Shown piece after piece: positions 10,114 through 19,416 of a stretch of DNA of 64,000 nt; position 1 is the stretch's first letter, and every line of letters begins with the position of its first letter. Origin of the DNA: Limisphaerales bacterium (GTDB taxonomy: Bacteria > Verrucomicrobiota > Verrucomicrobiia > Limisphaerales > DSYF01); NCBI GenBank assembly GCA_046290825.1, contig JBKBTZ010000001.1, positions 29,364-93,363 on the forward strand, written 5' to 3'. The position numbers and the translations under genes were made by a program. A model generated the notes under the pieces. The model saw only the letters and a program-made list of their open reading frames with translations. It searched no databases and had not been told where the DNA came from.

Positions 10114-11085
10114 TCAGCCGCCCAGCCGCCGCAGGAAAGCCGCGATGCCGGAACGCAGCCGGAAGCGGAGCGGAATGCACTTTTTCCAGAACGCCCGGTT
10201 GGCCGCCACGGCCTCGGCGTCGCCGACGCGCTGGAAACGCTCAAGCTGGGTGCGGGCCAGATGTGTCAACCGGATCAATGCGCGGCGCTGGTCGAAGGCC
10301 GGATAAAGGCGGGCAAACAGCTCATTTTGCCGGATGACGTCGCGCAGGTTCTCCGCCGTGCGGGCGAGTCGGCCGGAATCATTGGCGGCGAACACGCGGT
10401 ATTGGCACAGCACATCGGGCAGTTGCAGCCCGCCTCCCCGCGCCACGGCGCGCGACCACATCTCAGCGTCGGCCGTGTGAACCAGCGGCAGCAGGAACCC
10501 GCCGTGTTGTTCATAGAACGAGCGCCGGACCACGACGCTCGGCGTCTGCAACGGAGTGCCATAAAAGAACAGTTCGGGGCAACGCCCGCCCGCCTCCAAC
10601 GCCGGCACCCGCGGCGACACCTCGGCAATCATGCCCGCCTCATCCACAAAGAAACAGCGGCAGGCGTAGAGGGCAAACTCCGGGCGCGCGGCGGCGGCGG
10701 CCCCGATTTTTTCGTAAAAGCCCGGCAGCACGAGGTCGTCGCCGTGCAGGATGTGGACCAGTTCGCCCCGGCTGCGCTCGATGCAGGTGTTGAAGTTGGC
10801 GATGGCACCGCCGTTCTGCGGCTTGCGGTAAAACTGCACGCGGCCCTGCCCCACTTCGCGCACCACCGCCTCGGGGTCGTCCTTCGTCGAGCAATCGTCC
10901 ACCACCTCGATCTGCATCTGCTCCGGGCCGGGGGCCTGCGCCAGGACGCTTTGCAGGGTGAGCCGCAGGTAGTTCGCGCAGTTGAACGTGGGGATCATCA
11001 CCGACCAACGCGGCCGCGGCGTTCCGGCGGGCACCGGCGCGATCGGCGGAGGCGTCAGGTCGGGTTGGGTCTGGGCGGAACTCAT
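10114..11085 (-). CDS. Family 2 glycosyltransferase
   Basis: WSVMIPTFNCANYLRLTLQSVLAQ and ILHGDDLVLPGF motifs. Start set at ATG 11083-11085 (MSSAQTQ...). The 128-aa N-terminal extension is low-complexity and was rejected. Confidence 0.8.
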   Translation of the reverse strand: MSSAQTQPDLTPPPIAPVPAGTPRPRWSVMIPTFNCANYLRLTLQSVLAQAPGPEQMQIEVVDDCSTKDDPEAVVREVGQGRVQFYRKPQNGGAIANFNTCIERSRGELVHILHGDDLVLPGFYEKIGAAAAARPEFALYACRCFFVDEAGMIAEVSPRVPALEAGGRCPELFFYGTPLQTPSVVVRRSFYEQHGGFLLPLVHTADAEMWSRAVARGGGLQLPDVLCQYRVFAANDSGRLARTAENLRDVIRQNELFARLYPAFDQRRALIRLTHLARTQLERFQRVGDAEAVAANRAFWKKCIPLRFRLRSGIAAFLRRLGG

Positions 11086-11416
11086 GGATTCAGCATTGAT
11101 GCGCGGTGAATGGAGCGCCGGCTTGCAGCCGGCTTTTGCACTCGCGCTACAACCAAAGCTGGTTTCAAACCGGCGCTCCGCTGGCGGGACGGCTGGCGAC
11201 TGCCCCGGTGGTTCGAGTGCCCGCAAAGGCTTGCATGTGGCGCAGGCAGCCGGCCTGCGGGTGACCAGGGCTGCCAGCCCAAGACCGGGCGCGGGAAGCA
11301 GGCTGCTCCCACAACCCGCCGACAGGCAGCCGGCGCTACGGACGAAACGCCAGCGGCGCTCTGCCGAGACGCCATTCCGGAGGTTTGGCCCGTGGAAAAA
11401 ATTTGGCGGGACCAAT

Positions 11417-12829
11417 TCATGCGGTATTCCAGCGTTCAAACGGCCACGGATGTTTTTTGGAGTTGGCATGATTCGCGTCCGTGGCGGTCATTTCGGGCCG
11501 GCCATTCACCAGGCGTTCGACAATTTCGACGCCCTGCATGAAGGAGTGGTCCTGGTTACTGACCTCGTATTTCCACAGGCCAAACCGGCCCCGCGAATAG
11601 ACCTCCTTCGCCTCAAAGAACGGAATGATCTCCGCCAGCACCTCGTCGCGGTGCAGACCGGGCGTGGGATAGCCGTAGCCGGCGCGGTAAGACCACGTCG
11701 AAATAATGTCCTCGCGCCGCTCGATGAGCCGCGTGTTGAGCGCGCCCTGGATGACCTCCTCAAGCAACGCGCCGCGGTTGACCGGTTTGTGCGGCGATTC
11801 GGAGACTTCTGCCATCAACGACCAGTGCTGCCGGATATCGGGCACGTTGTTCGGCGAGTAGTTGCTGAACACCGTGACGCGGTAGAACGGGCAGTTGTCC
11901 TCGGGGAAATACATCCAGCACTTGGTGGCCAGCTCCTCGCGCGGCTTCCCGCGCAGGCCCAGGCCGAAGATGTTCGAGGTCGAGTAAAGCAGCCCGCGCT
12001 CGGCCAGCGGCTGGAAGCGGGTTTGCCCGGTCAGCCGGATGAGTTCGCGCAGCGGGAGGGTCGAGATGAGGCGGTCGTAGGCCACGGTCTCGCCCGTCGC
12101 CGTGGTCACCTCGCGACGATCGAGGTCCACGCGCGTGACGGTCGTGTTGAGCCGGAGTTTTTCCGCCGGGAGGCGTTTCGCGCAGGCGCGCCAGATGGCG
12201 CCGGTGCCACCGTATTTCGGAAACTGGAAGGTGTTGTTCGGCCCCCACGAAAGGTCGTCCTTGCCAAACACGAGGTTGCTCAACACGCGGCCCAGGTCGG
12301 TGACGGCCACGCGTTCGCCAACCCAGACGGCGTTCATCAGTTCTGGCGGGAACGCCCAGACCTTGAAGTTGTAGGGCCGCAGGAACACCTCCGCCAGGCC
12401 GGGGCCGAAGGTGGCGTCAATCCATTCGCCGAAGTTCGCCGGCTTGGGGCGGGGGTGCCGGGTGATTTCCACCAGCCCTTGCAGGCATTTGTTCAGGTCC
12501 TCCGGCGGCAGGCGGCGGATGTTGTTCTGAAAGGGGTAGGGAATGAAGCGGTCGCGCATCCACACCCACGATTCGCGCTGGTGATGCAGCCAGCCATCCG
12601 CGCCGAGGAACTCGAGCATCGCGCGGTCGAAGTATTCGTAGTGCGAGAACTGGACGTGCCCGCCGATGTCCCAGGTGAAGCCCTGCTCGTCCACGAACGA
12701 TGCCGCGAGCCCGCCCGGTTCGGGCGCCGCCTCGAGCAACAGCCAATCGTGAACGCCGAGAAGTTCAAGCTGCCGGGCCGCGCCCAGGCCGGTCGGGCCG
12801 GCGCCGAGAATCAAGACCGAATTGCTCAT
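11417..12829 (-). CDS. glf: UDP-galactopyranose mutase, long eukaryote-type form
   Basis: Many blocks match my recollection of fungal/protozoan UGM: ILGAGPTGLGAA, GGHVQFSHYEYFD, IPYPFQNNI, RPYNFKVWA, WVGERVA, WGPNNTFQFPKYGGTGAIW, KCWMYFPEDNCPFYRVTVFSNYSP, GYPTP and SRGRFGLWKYEVSNQDHSFMQGVE. Confidence 0.85.
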   Translation of the reverse strand: MSNSVLILGAGPTGLGAARQLELLGVHDWLLLEAAPEPGGLAASFVDEQGFTWDIGGHVQFSHYEYFDRAMLEFLGADGWLHHQRESWVWMRDRFIPYPFQNNIRRLPPEDLNKCLQGLVEITRHPRPKPANFGEWIDATFGPGLAEVFLRPYNFKVWAFPPELMNAVWVGERVAVTDLGRVLSNLVFGKDDLSWGPNNTFQFPKYGGTGAIWRACAKRLPAEKLRLNTTVTRVDLDRREVTTATGETVAYDRLISTLPLRELIRLTGQTRFQPLAERGLLYSTSNIFGLGLRGKPREELATKCWMYFPEDNCPFYRVTVFSNYSPNNVPDIRQHWSLMAEVSESPHKPVNRGALLEEVIQGALNTRLIERREDIISTWSYRAGYGYPTPGLHRDEVLAEIIPFFEAKEVYSRGRFGLWKYEVSNQDHSFMQGVEIVERLVNGRPEMTATDANHANSKKHPWPFERWNTA

Positions 12830-14109
12830 AGCGGAGTTGATGGAGACGGGCCGGAAATCTCAGGCAGCGTGGTTTCTAACAGGATGCAGCCCTGGCCGCG
12901 CGCTTGGGTGAACTGCCAGCCGGTGTGTGGATTACTCTCCGCCGCGGCATTTATGACGATGGCATCCTCAAGGTAGTCGTAGAATTGTTTGCCAGATCGG
13001 ACCACCATCAAGTCGAGTGAGTAACGCCCCTCCGCCAGCCGTGGAAGCAGCAATTTGAACCGGACGGAATAAACGCCGGGCTGGAACGGGTGGCTGAACC
13101 CCTGCGCGAGCCCGATCGGGCCGAACATGACCGGCGCGGAACTGGCGTCCCGCAGCAGCACTTCAAACGACGCGGCCACCGGTTTGAAAACTTCAAGTGT
13201 CAGGTGCAACTCAGGCTGCATCGAGGACAGCAGGGTATCCGTTGGCACCCCCTCCACCGTCAAGGCACCGTTGGTGATCCGCAGAAAGTCGGAGGAGTGG
13301 ATGCGGTTGGCCGCTGAAAACCCGGTGTGCTGGACGCTGCCGCGATACCGCTGAAACGCCTCTGCCGGGGTGCCCGCAAAGCTCACCGTTCCGCGTTCCA
13401 GCAAGATCGCGCGGGTGCAAAGCCGTCGAATGGCCCCCTCGTTGTGGCTGACGAATAGAACCGTTCGGCCTTGGTGCGCGACAGCATCCATCTTTCCAAG
13501 ACACTTTGTTTGAAATGTTGCATCGCCCACCGCAAGCACCTCGTCCACGACGAGGATTTCCGGTTCCAGATGCGCGGCCACGGCGAAGGCCAGCCGCACA
13601 TACATGCCGCTGCTGTAACGCTTGACCGGCGTGTCCAGAAACTTCTCCACCTCGGCGAACGCGACAATCTCGTCGAACTTGCGGCGGATTTCCGCCCGCG
13701 TCATGCCGAGGATCGCGCCGTTGAGGAAGATGTTCTCCCGCCCGGTCAGCTCGGGATGAAAGCCGGTGCCCACCTCGAGCAGGCTGGCCACGCGGCCGCG
13801 CAACGTCACCCGGCCCTCGGTCGGCTCGGTGATGCGGCTCAGGAGCTTCAGGAGCGTGGACTTGCCCGCGCCGTTGCGGCCGATGATGCCCACGACTTCG
13901 CCGGGCTGGATCTCGAAGGAGACATCCCGGAGCGCCCAGAAATCCTCGACTGATTCCCGATTTTCGTTTTTCGATTTCCGGGTTCGGAACAGGGCTTTTG
14001 CCTTGTCGGTGAGGACATCCCGCAACGCCTTGTATTGCCGGCCCGGCTGTTGATGCCGGATGCGGTAGCGCTTGCCGAGGCCCTCGGCCTTGATGATCCA
14101 GGAGCTCAT
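12826..14109 (-). CDS. wzt: Polysaccharide ABC exporter ATP-binding protein (Wzt/TagH type) with extended C-terminal domain
   Basis: Walker A GRNGAGKST, signature YSSGM, Walker B ILVVDE. About 170 aa follow the NBD, where Wzt proteins carry a glycan-terminus-binding domain. Its stop overlaps the glf start (ATGA). Confidence 0.85.
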   Translation of the reverse strand: MSSWIIKAEGLGKRYRIRHQQPGRQYKALRDVLTDKAKALFRTRKSKNENRESVEDFWALRDVSFEIQPGEVVGIIGRNGAGKSTLLKLLSRITEPTEGRVTLRGRVASLLEVGTGFHPELTGRENIFLNGAILGMTRAEIRRKFDEIVAFAEVEKFLDTPVKRYSSGMYVRLAFAVAAHLEPEILVVDEVLAVGDATFQTKCLGKMDAVAHQGRTVLFVSHNEGAIRRLCTRAILLERGTVSFAGTPAEAFQRYRGSVQHTGFSAANRIHSSDFLRITNGALTVEGVPTDTLLSSMQPELHLTLEVFKPVAASFEVLLRDASSAPVMFGPIGLAQGFSHPFQPGVYSVRFKLLLPRLAEGRYSLDLMVVRSGKQFYDYLEDAIVINAAAESNPHTGWQFTQARGQGCILLETTLPEISGPSPSTPL

Positions 14110-14193
14110 GGGAAAAGCAGAAAGGAGAAAGCCGAAAGCGGAAAGGCTCCGCCGCTCGTGAGGGCGGCGGCATTACGTTGGCTGCCTTTGGGC

Positions 14194-14574
14194 TTACTTG
14201 CGCTCATCGCCCCGGTCCTTGGTGCGGTTGATCATCGTGGTCAAAATGGCCATCAGCTCGGAGGCCTCGTTTTCGAGGGGGAGGGTCAGGGCGGGTTCGA
14301 TGCCGCATTCTTCGCGCAGCAGTTCCATCCACAACGCCGATTCATCGGCCTCCTGCAGGGCGCCGCCGAGCTTGGAGACGAACTCCTCGTCCGAACGCGC
14401 CCGCGAGGCTTCGCGGACATGGCCGGCCACCGAGGTTCCCGCGCGCAGCAGTTGGCCCGCCAGCACGCGCACCTCCTCCCGCGCACGGGGCAGCTTCACA
14501 AAAAGCCGGATCACCCGGGCCGCAAACTGCTTGGTGCGCCCGCGAAATTCCTCGGATAAACGTCCGCGATTCAT
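14194..14574 (-). CDS. Four-helix-bundle protein (23S rRNA intervening-sequence protein family, TIGR02436-like)
   Basis: 126 aa with the typical pattern: ...FAARVIRLFVKLP...GQLLRAGTSVAGHVREA...SDEEFVSKLGGALQEADESALWMELL. Confidence 0.8.
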   Translation of the reverse strand: MNRGRLSEEFRGRTKQFAARVIRLFVKLPRAREEVRVLAGQLLRAGTSVAGHVREASRARSDEEFVSKLGGALQEADESALWMELLREECGIEPALTLPLENEASELMAILTTMINRTKDRGDERK

Positions 14575-14607
14575 TTCTGTTTTCTGCTTTCCCGTTTCTG
14601 CTCTGCC

Positions 14608-15426
14608 TCAGATCACATCCGCGAAAGTGCGTTCCATCCGGCGGAAATACCAGACGCCCGAGAGGCACAGCAGCGCGGTGAACGCGACGGAAAGCGCCAG
14701 ACCCGGCCAGTAAAGCTCCGCCTGACCGCGCAACAGCGCCCAGCGGAAGCCGTCAATAACGCCGACCATCGGGTTGAGCGAGTAGAGCAGGCGCCACTGG
14801 TCCGGCACGACGGCGCTGTTGAAGCCCACCGGCGAGACATACAGCCCGAACTGCACGATGAACGGCACGATGTAGCGGAAGTCGCGGTATTCCACGTTCA
14901 ACGCGCAGAACCACAACCCCGCGCCCATCGCGGTGCCGAAGGCCAGCAGCGTGAACAGCGGCAGCGTCAGCACCCGCCAATCCGGCCAGAACTGATACCA
15001 GACCATCAGGCCGACGAGGATGGCAAACGAGATGAGAAAATCCACCAGGCTGGTGATGACCGACCCGGCGGGCACGATGAGCCGGGGAAAATAGACCTTG
15101 GCGATGAGGTTGACGTTGGCGATGAGGCTGTTGCTGGACTCGGTGAGCGCGGTGGCAAAGAACTGCCACGGCAGCATGGCGGCGAAAACGAGCAGCGCGT
15201 AGGGCACATCGCCGGGCGAGGGCAGTTTGGCCACCCGCCCGAAGATGACGGTGAACACCAGCATGGTGAGCAGGGGACGAATCAGCGCCCACGCCACGCC
15301 GATGACCGTCTGTTTGTAGCGCACCGCCAGGTCGCGCCAGGCGAGGATGTAGAACAGCTCGCGATAATGCCAAAGGTCCCGCCAGTAGTTTTTGGCGGCG
15401 CGACCGGGAGCGAGGATGATTTCCAT
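14608..15426 (-). CDS. wzm: Polysaccharide ABC exporter permease (ABC-2 type, Wzm)
   Basis: Start set at ATG 15424-15426 (MEIILAPGRAAKNYWRDLWHYRELFYILAWRDLAVRYKQTVIGVAWALIRP, the classic Wzm N-terminus). Six hydrophobic segments. The 115-aa extension was rejected. Confidence 0.85.
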   Translation of the reverse strand: MEIILAPGRAAKNYWRDLWHYRELFYILAWRDLAVRYKQTVIGVAWALIRPLLTMLVFTVIFGRVAKLPSPGDVPYALLVFAAMLPWQFFATALTESSNSLIANVNLIAKVYFPRLIVPAGSVITSLVDFLISFAILVGLMVWYQFWPDWRVLTLPLFTLLAFGTAMGAGLWFCALNVEYRDFRYIVPFIVQFGLYVSPVGFNSAVVPDQWRLLYSLNPMVGVIDGFRWALLRGQAELYWPGLALSVAFTALLCLSGVWYFRRMERTFADVI

Positions 15427-15638
15427 GCGGAAGGACGGCGTCGGGTGGGTGGAGCGTGCGGCGGGACACCGCTTCACCGCTGCTCGGGCGAAAGGGCTGG
15501 AATGTTCCGGCACGCGCCGCGGACGAGAATGTTCATGCGGCCAGTATGGGGAACGGCGCGGGGCCGGTTCAATGCAATACCTTGCGCCGGGAAACGCGCT
15601 TGTTTTCCGCGCGAACTTGCCTCGAAACTGCGCCGCCC

Positions 15639-16970
15639 ATGATGCCAAACCGGTCAGCCAGTCGCGCTTTGCTGGGACTCCCGTGCAGGTTGCTCGCGGC
15701 GGCTGGAGCGCCGCCGTTCCGGCGGCTTTGCGCACCCGGATTTTTCGGTGGGGTTGATTTTCTCCGACCACGCCACCGGTTTACGTCTGCTCAAAGCCGG
15801 CGGGGACGCCGGCGCTCCGGAATCTTTGCCACCCGCGGCTGCGCGCGGCTTGGAGGCGCTATCGCCGTGATCTGCCTGCTGGCGTTCGCGGCAATGGCCT
15901 CCACCCCGGAACCGCCCAAGCTGGCTTGGGAGTTGAACCTCGGCGCGGAATCGGATTCCTCGCCTGCCGTCGGGCCGGACGGGCGGCTGTATTTCGGCAT
16001 GTTCAACGGGCAGTTCTGGTGTGTGAATTCGCGCGGCGAACGGGAATGGCGTTTCTCCACCGGAATGGAAATCTGGTCGTCTCCGGCGGTGGACACCAAC
16101 GGCGTCATCTATTTCGGCTGCCGTGACCGGCACTTGTATGCGTTGACCCCCAGCGGCAGGCGGAAGTGGCGTTTCAAGACCGGCGGCTGGGTGGACGCCT
16201 CGCCCGCCATCGGCACCGACGGCACAATTTATTTCGGCTCGTGGGACACGAACTTTTACGCGGTCAGTCCCGAAGGAAAGGAACTCTGGCGGCGGCCCAC
16301 GGGTGGCCCGATTGTTTCCTCCGCTGCCATCGCGCGGGACGGGACGATTTTTTTTGGCTCGCACGACGGGTTGTTGCGCGCTTTGACGCCACTGGGCGAG
16401 GAGTTCTGGTCGTTCCGAACCGGCGGCCCAATTCTGTCCTCGCCCGCGCTGGATGAGGCGGGCCGGGTGTATTTCACGTCGGTGGACGGCTTTTTCTACG
16501 TGGTGGATGTCGAGGGGCGGCTCGTCTGGAAGACGCGCACCGGGTCGGCGGGCGTCGGCTCGCCAGTGCTGGACGGGGCGGGGCGCATTTTCGTCGGCTT
16601 GAACACCAATCTCTGGGCGTTGTCGCCCGGCGGCGAACGGCTGTGGTCGGCGGGCGGCCAGGAAATCCGCGCCACGCCGCTGTTGACGGCGGACGGCGTG
16701 GTGCTGATGCCGTTTTACCAGGGTCAGATGCAGGGCTGCCCGCCGGACCGCGCGTGGTCGTGGGCGGCGGGGATTCCGTATGACGCCGCCGCCTCGCCGA
16801 CGCTGGCAAACGGCCATTTGTATGTGCTCGCGGGCCGGATGTTGCGGGCCTACGAATGGCCAGCGGGCCTTGCGAACACGCCGTGGCCGAAGTTTCGCGG
16901 CAACGCGCGGAACACGGGCAACCTGGCGGACCGACCGCGCGAGGCGTTGCCCACGAAAGGCGCGAAATGA
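15639..16970 (+). CDS. PQQ-like (BamB-like) beta-propeller repeat protein, secreted
   Basis: Repeated units DGxIYFGSxDxxLYAL/WxFxTGG. The tail has the WPKFRGNARNTGN motif common in this family. The start is uncertain: ATG 15639 was chosen, and a hydrophobic segment AIAVICLLAFAAMA lies downstream. Confidence 0.7.
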   Translation: MMPNRSASRALLGLPCRLLAAAGAPPFRRLCAPGFFGGVDFLRPRHRFTSAQSRRGRRRSGIFATRGCARLGGAIAVICLLAFAAMASTPEPPKLAWELNLGAESDSSPAVGPDGRLYFGMFNGQFWCVNSRGEREWRFSTGMEIWSSPAVDTNGVIYFGCRDRHLYALTPSGRRKWRFKTGGWVDASPAIGTDGTIYFGSWDTNFYAVSPEGKELWRRPTGGPIVSSAAIARDGTIFFGSHDGLLRALTPLGEEFWSFRTGGPILSSPALDEAGRVYFTSVDGFFYVVDVEGRLVWKTRTGSAGVGSPVLDGAGRIFVGLNTNLWALSPGGERLWSAGGQEIRATPLLTADGVVLMPFYQGQMQGCPPDRAWSWAAGIPYDAAASPTLANGHLYVLAGRMLRAYEWPAGLANTPWPKFRGNARNTGNLADRPREALPTKGAK

Positions 16971-17047
16971 CACGGAAGCATGGCGGGGGGGGAAGCGGCT
17001 ACAAGGATGCACCCCTGAACTGAATTCGCGATCGCAGTTTTCTCAAC

Positions 17048-18265
17048 ATGTCCTCGGCCGATGCCCACTCTTTCCCCCGCCTCCTCGTGGCGACGGAGTA
17101 TGCGCCGCAATCCCCGGGCGGCGGGCTGGTGCTGGTGCGGCAGATGTTGCGCGGCTGGCCGCCGGAAAGGGTGCAGTGGTGGAGCTGTCGCCGCAATTAC
17201 GGGTCGCTGCCCGGCCAGCCGGTGGCGCGGCATTTCCTCGGGCCGGAACCGGGCGTGCTGCTGCCCGGACGGCGTTTTTCCCGGCTGCGGGCGTGGTTGA
17301 TGGAACGGCTCTGGGCACCGCGTGCGGCGGCGCACTTGCGCCAAACGTTGCGGGAAAGCGGGGTGGAGGTGGCGTGGGTGATTCCGCAGAACTGGTCCAT
17401 TGCGCCGCTCGCCCAAGTGTTGCCGGGCGGGCCGGTGCCGTTTCATGTTTCAGTTCACGATTACCCGGACCTGCGGCACGTGGTGGCCCAGATCGGCGTG
17501 GCGCGGGCGGCGCGGCTGGCACGTGGGGTCGAGCAACTGTATGCCGCTGCCGCGTCGCGCGACGCGATCAGCGCGCCGATGCGGGAGGATTTGCGGCAGC
17601 GCACCGGCGCGGAGGGCGACTTGAACCGCGTCGGCCTGGAGGCGGAGGAAATCGGGTTTCTGATGGCGAAGCGCGCTAGGGTTTTGGCCGAACTGCGGCT
17701 GGTGTTCGCAGGGACCATCATCGCGGGGGAGGCGTTTGGCCTGTTCGTGCGGGCGCTGGCGGGCATCCGGGAACGGTTGCCGCTGCCCTTGCGGCTGGAG
17801 TTTTTCGGCGCGCACAGCCAGGCGCGGCAGCCGTGGTTTGACGCGGCTTGGATGCGGGAACGATTGAACGCGCCGGAACCGGAGTTCCGCGCAGCACTGC
17901 GGGAATGCGCTTGGGGCGTGGCCCCGGTTTCGCTGGCGGACGAGGATCCGCGTTACCACCGGTTCAGTTTCCCGGCGAAGATTTCCAGCTACCTCGGCGC
18001 GGGCCTGGCCGTGCTGGCGCTGGGGCATCCGCAGAGCAGCCTGCTCGAACTGGCGCGGCGGCACGCCATCGGGCTGGCATCCACGCACACCGACGTCGCC
18101 GGGTTGCAAACCGAACTGCTGCGCGAGTTGACGGCGGAGGACCCGTGGGTGCGTTACGGCGAGGGGATACAACGGTGCGTGCGCGAGGAATTTGACGCGG
18201 CGGCGATGCGGGCGCGGTTGTGGGAATCGCTGCGGCGCGCCGCCGAACAAGGGAGGCGGGCATGA
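17048..18265 (+). CDS. Putative GT-B-fold glycosyltransferase-like protein (divergent)
   Basis: Size, position and two-lobed pattern resemble GT4 enzymes, but the canonical EX7E region is degenerate (FSFPAKISSYLGAGLAVLALG). Its stop overlaps the next gene's start (ATGA at 18262-18265). Confidence 0.4.
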   Translation: MSSADAHSFPRLLVATEYAPQSPGGGLVLVRQMLRGWPPERVQWWSCRRNYGSLPGQPVARHFLGPEPGVLLPGRRFSRLRAWLMERLWAPRAAAHLRQTLRESGVEVAWVIPQNWSIAPLAQVLPGGPVPFHVSVHDYPDLRHVVAQIGVARAARLARGVEQLYAAAASRDAISAPMREDLRQRTGAEGDLNRVGLEAEEIGFLMAKRARVLAELRLVFAGTIIAGEAFGLFVRALAGIRERLPLPLRLEFFGAHSQARQPWFDAAWMRERLNAPEPEFRAALRECAWGVAPVSLADEDPRYHRFSFPAKISSYLGAGLAVLALGHPQSSLLELARRHAIGLASTHTDVAGLQTELLRELTAEDPWVRYGEGIQRCVREEFDAAAMRARLWESLRRAAEQGRRA

Positions 18266-19416
18266 GGATCGCGTTCCTCACCACGGACAACCGGGAGCCG
18301 TTTCTGGACCACGCCAATCCGCGCCCCTGGTTTGGCACGGCACCGGAGGCGCTGTTGCAGGGCTTCGCGCAACTGCCGGATGTGGAGGTGCATGTGGTAA
18401 GCTGTTTGCGGCAGCCGGCCCCTGCTCCGGAGAAGCTGGCCGAAAACATTTGGTATCACAGCCTGGTGGTGCCGAAGTGGGGCTGGATGACGACCGGGTT
18501 TCAGGGGTGCATCCGCGCCGTGCGGCGCAAGCTGCGCGAGATTCAACCCGACCTGGTGCATGGGCAGGGCACGGAGCGTGAGGCGGCGATGGCGGCCGTG
18601 TTTTCGGGCCGACCCAACGTGCTGACGTTGCACGGCAACATGCGGTCAGTGGCGCGCGCGCTCGGGGCGCGGCCCTTTTCCTACAACTGGCTGGCGGCGC
18701 GGCTCGAGGCGTTCGTGCTGCCGCGCACGGACGGGGTGGTCTGCATCAGCAACTACACGCGCCAGGCCGTAAACGGTTTGGCGCGGCGGACCTGGCTGCT
18801 TCCCAACGCGGTGGATGCCGCCTTTTTTGCGGTGGAACGCGCTCCGGCAAGTCCGCCGGTCGTTTTGTGCGTGGCCAACGTCTGCGACTACAAGAATCAG
18901 AACGGGCTGATTCAAGCTCTGGACGAATGGCCCGGCGAACGGCCATTTGTCCTGCGCTTCCTGGGCGCAGCGGCGGAACACACCCCGTATGGCCGCGAGT
19001 TTCTGAACCGGGTGCGCGCCCGGTCTTGGTGTGAGTGGCCTGGTCCGGTGGGCCGCGAACAACTGCGCACGGAACTGGCCCGCGCCACCGCCGTCATCTT
19101 GCCCTCGTTGGAGGACAATTGCCCGATGGTGGTCCTCGAGGCCATGGCCGCTGGGGTGCCGGTGCTGGGCGCGCGCATCGGCGGAATTCCCGATCTCATT
19201 GCCCCGGGACGGACGGGTTTGTTGTTTGATCCGCGCGCCCCGGCGGCCATGCGCGACGCGCTGGCGCATTGCCTTCGGGAACGCGGGGAGGTGGAGCAGT
19301 GGGCGGCCACGGCCCGGGCGGAGGCGCTGGCCCGCTTCCACCCGAGGGTCATCGCCCGGAAGCATCTCGACATTTACCGGGAGGTGCTGCAAAACCACCG
19401 GCCACGTCAACCATGA
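18262..19416 (+). CDS. Family 4 (GT-B) glycosyltransferase
   Basis: MRIAFLTTDN..., then VLPSLEDNCPMVVLEAMAAGVPVLGARIGGIPDLI (EX7E-type motif). Confidence 0.85.
   Translation: MRIAFLTTDNREPFLDHANPRPWFGTAPEALLQGFAQLPDVEVHVVSCLRQPAPAPEKLAENIWYHSLVVPKWGWMTTGFQGCIRAVRRKLREIQPDLVHGQGTEREAAMAAVFSGRPNVLTLHGNMRSVARALGARPFSYNWLAARLEAFVLPRTDGVVCISNYTRQAVNGLARRTWLLPNAVDAAFFAVERAPASPPVVLCVANVCDYKNQNGLIQALDEWPGERPFVLRFLGAAAEHTPYGREFLNRVRARSWCEWPGPVGREQLRTELARATAVILPSLEDNCPMVVLEAMAAGVPVLGARIGGIPDLIAPGRTGLLFDPRAPAAMRDALAHCLRERGEVEQWAATARAEALARFHPRVIARKHLDIYREVLQNHRPRQP

Noticed and set aside
10982-12976. 664-aa ORF on the plus strand
   Set aside because: It is antisense to the UGM gene, which matches a known enzyme family block by block. 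It also spans an intergenic repeat region.
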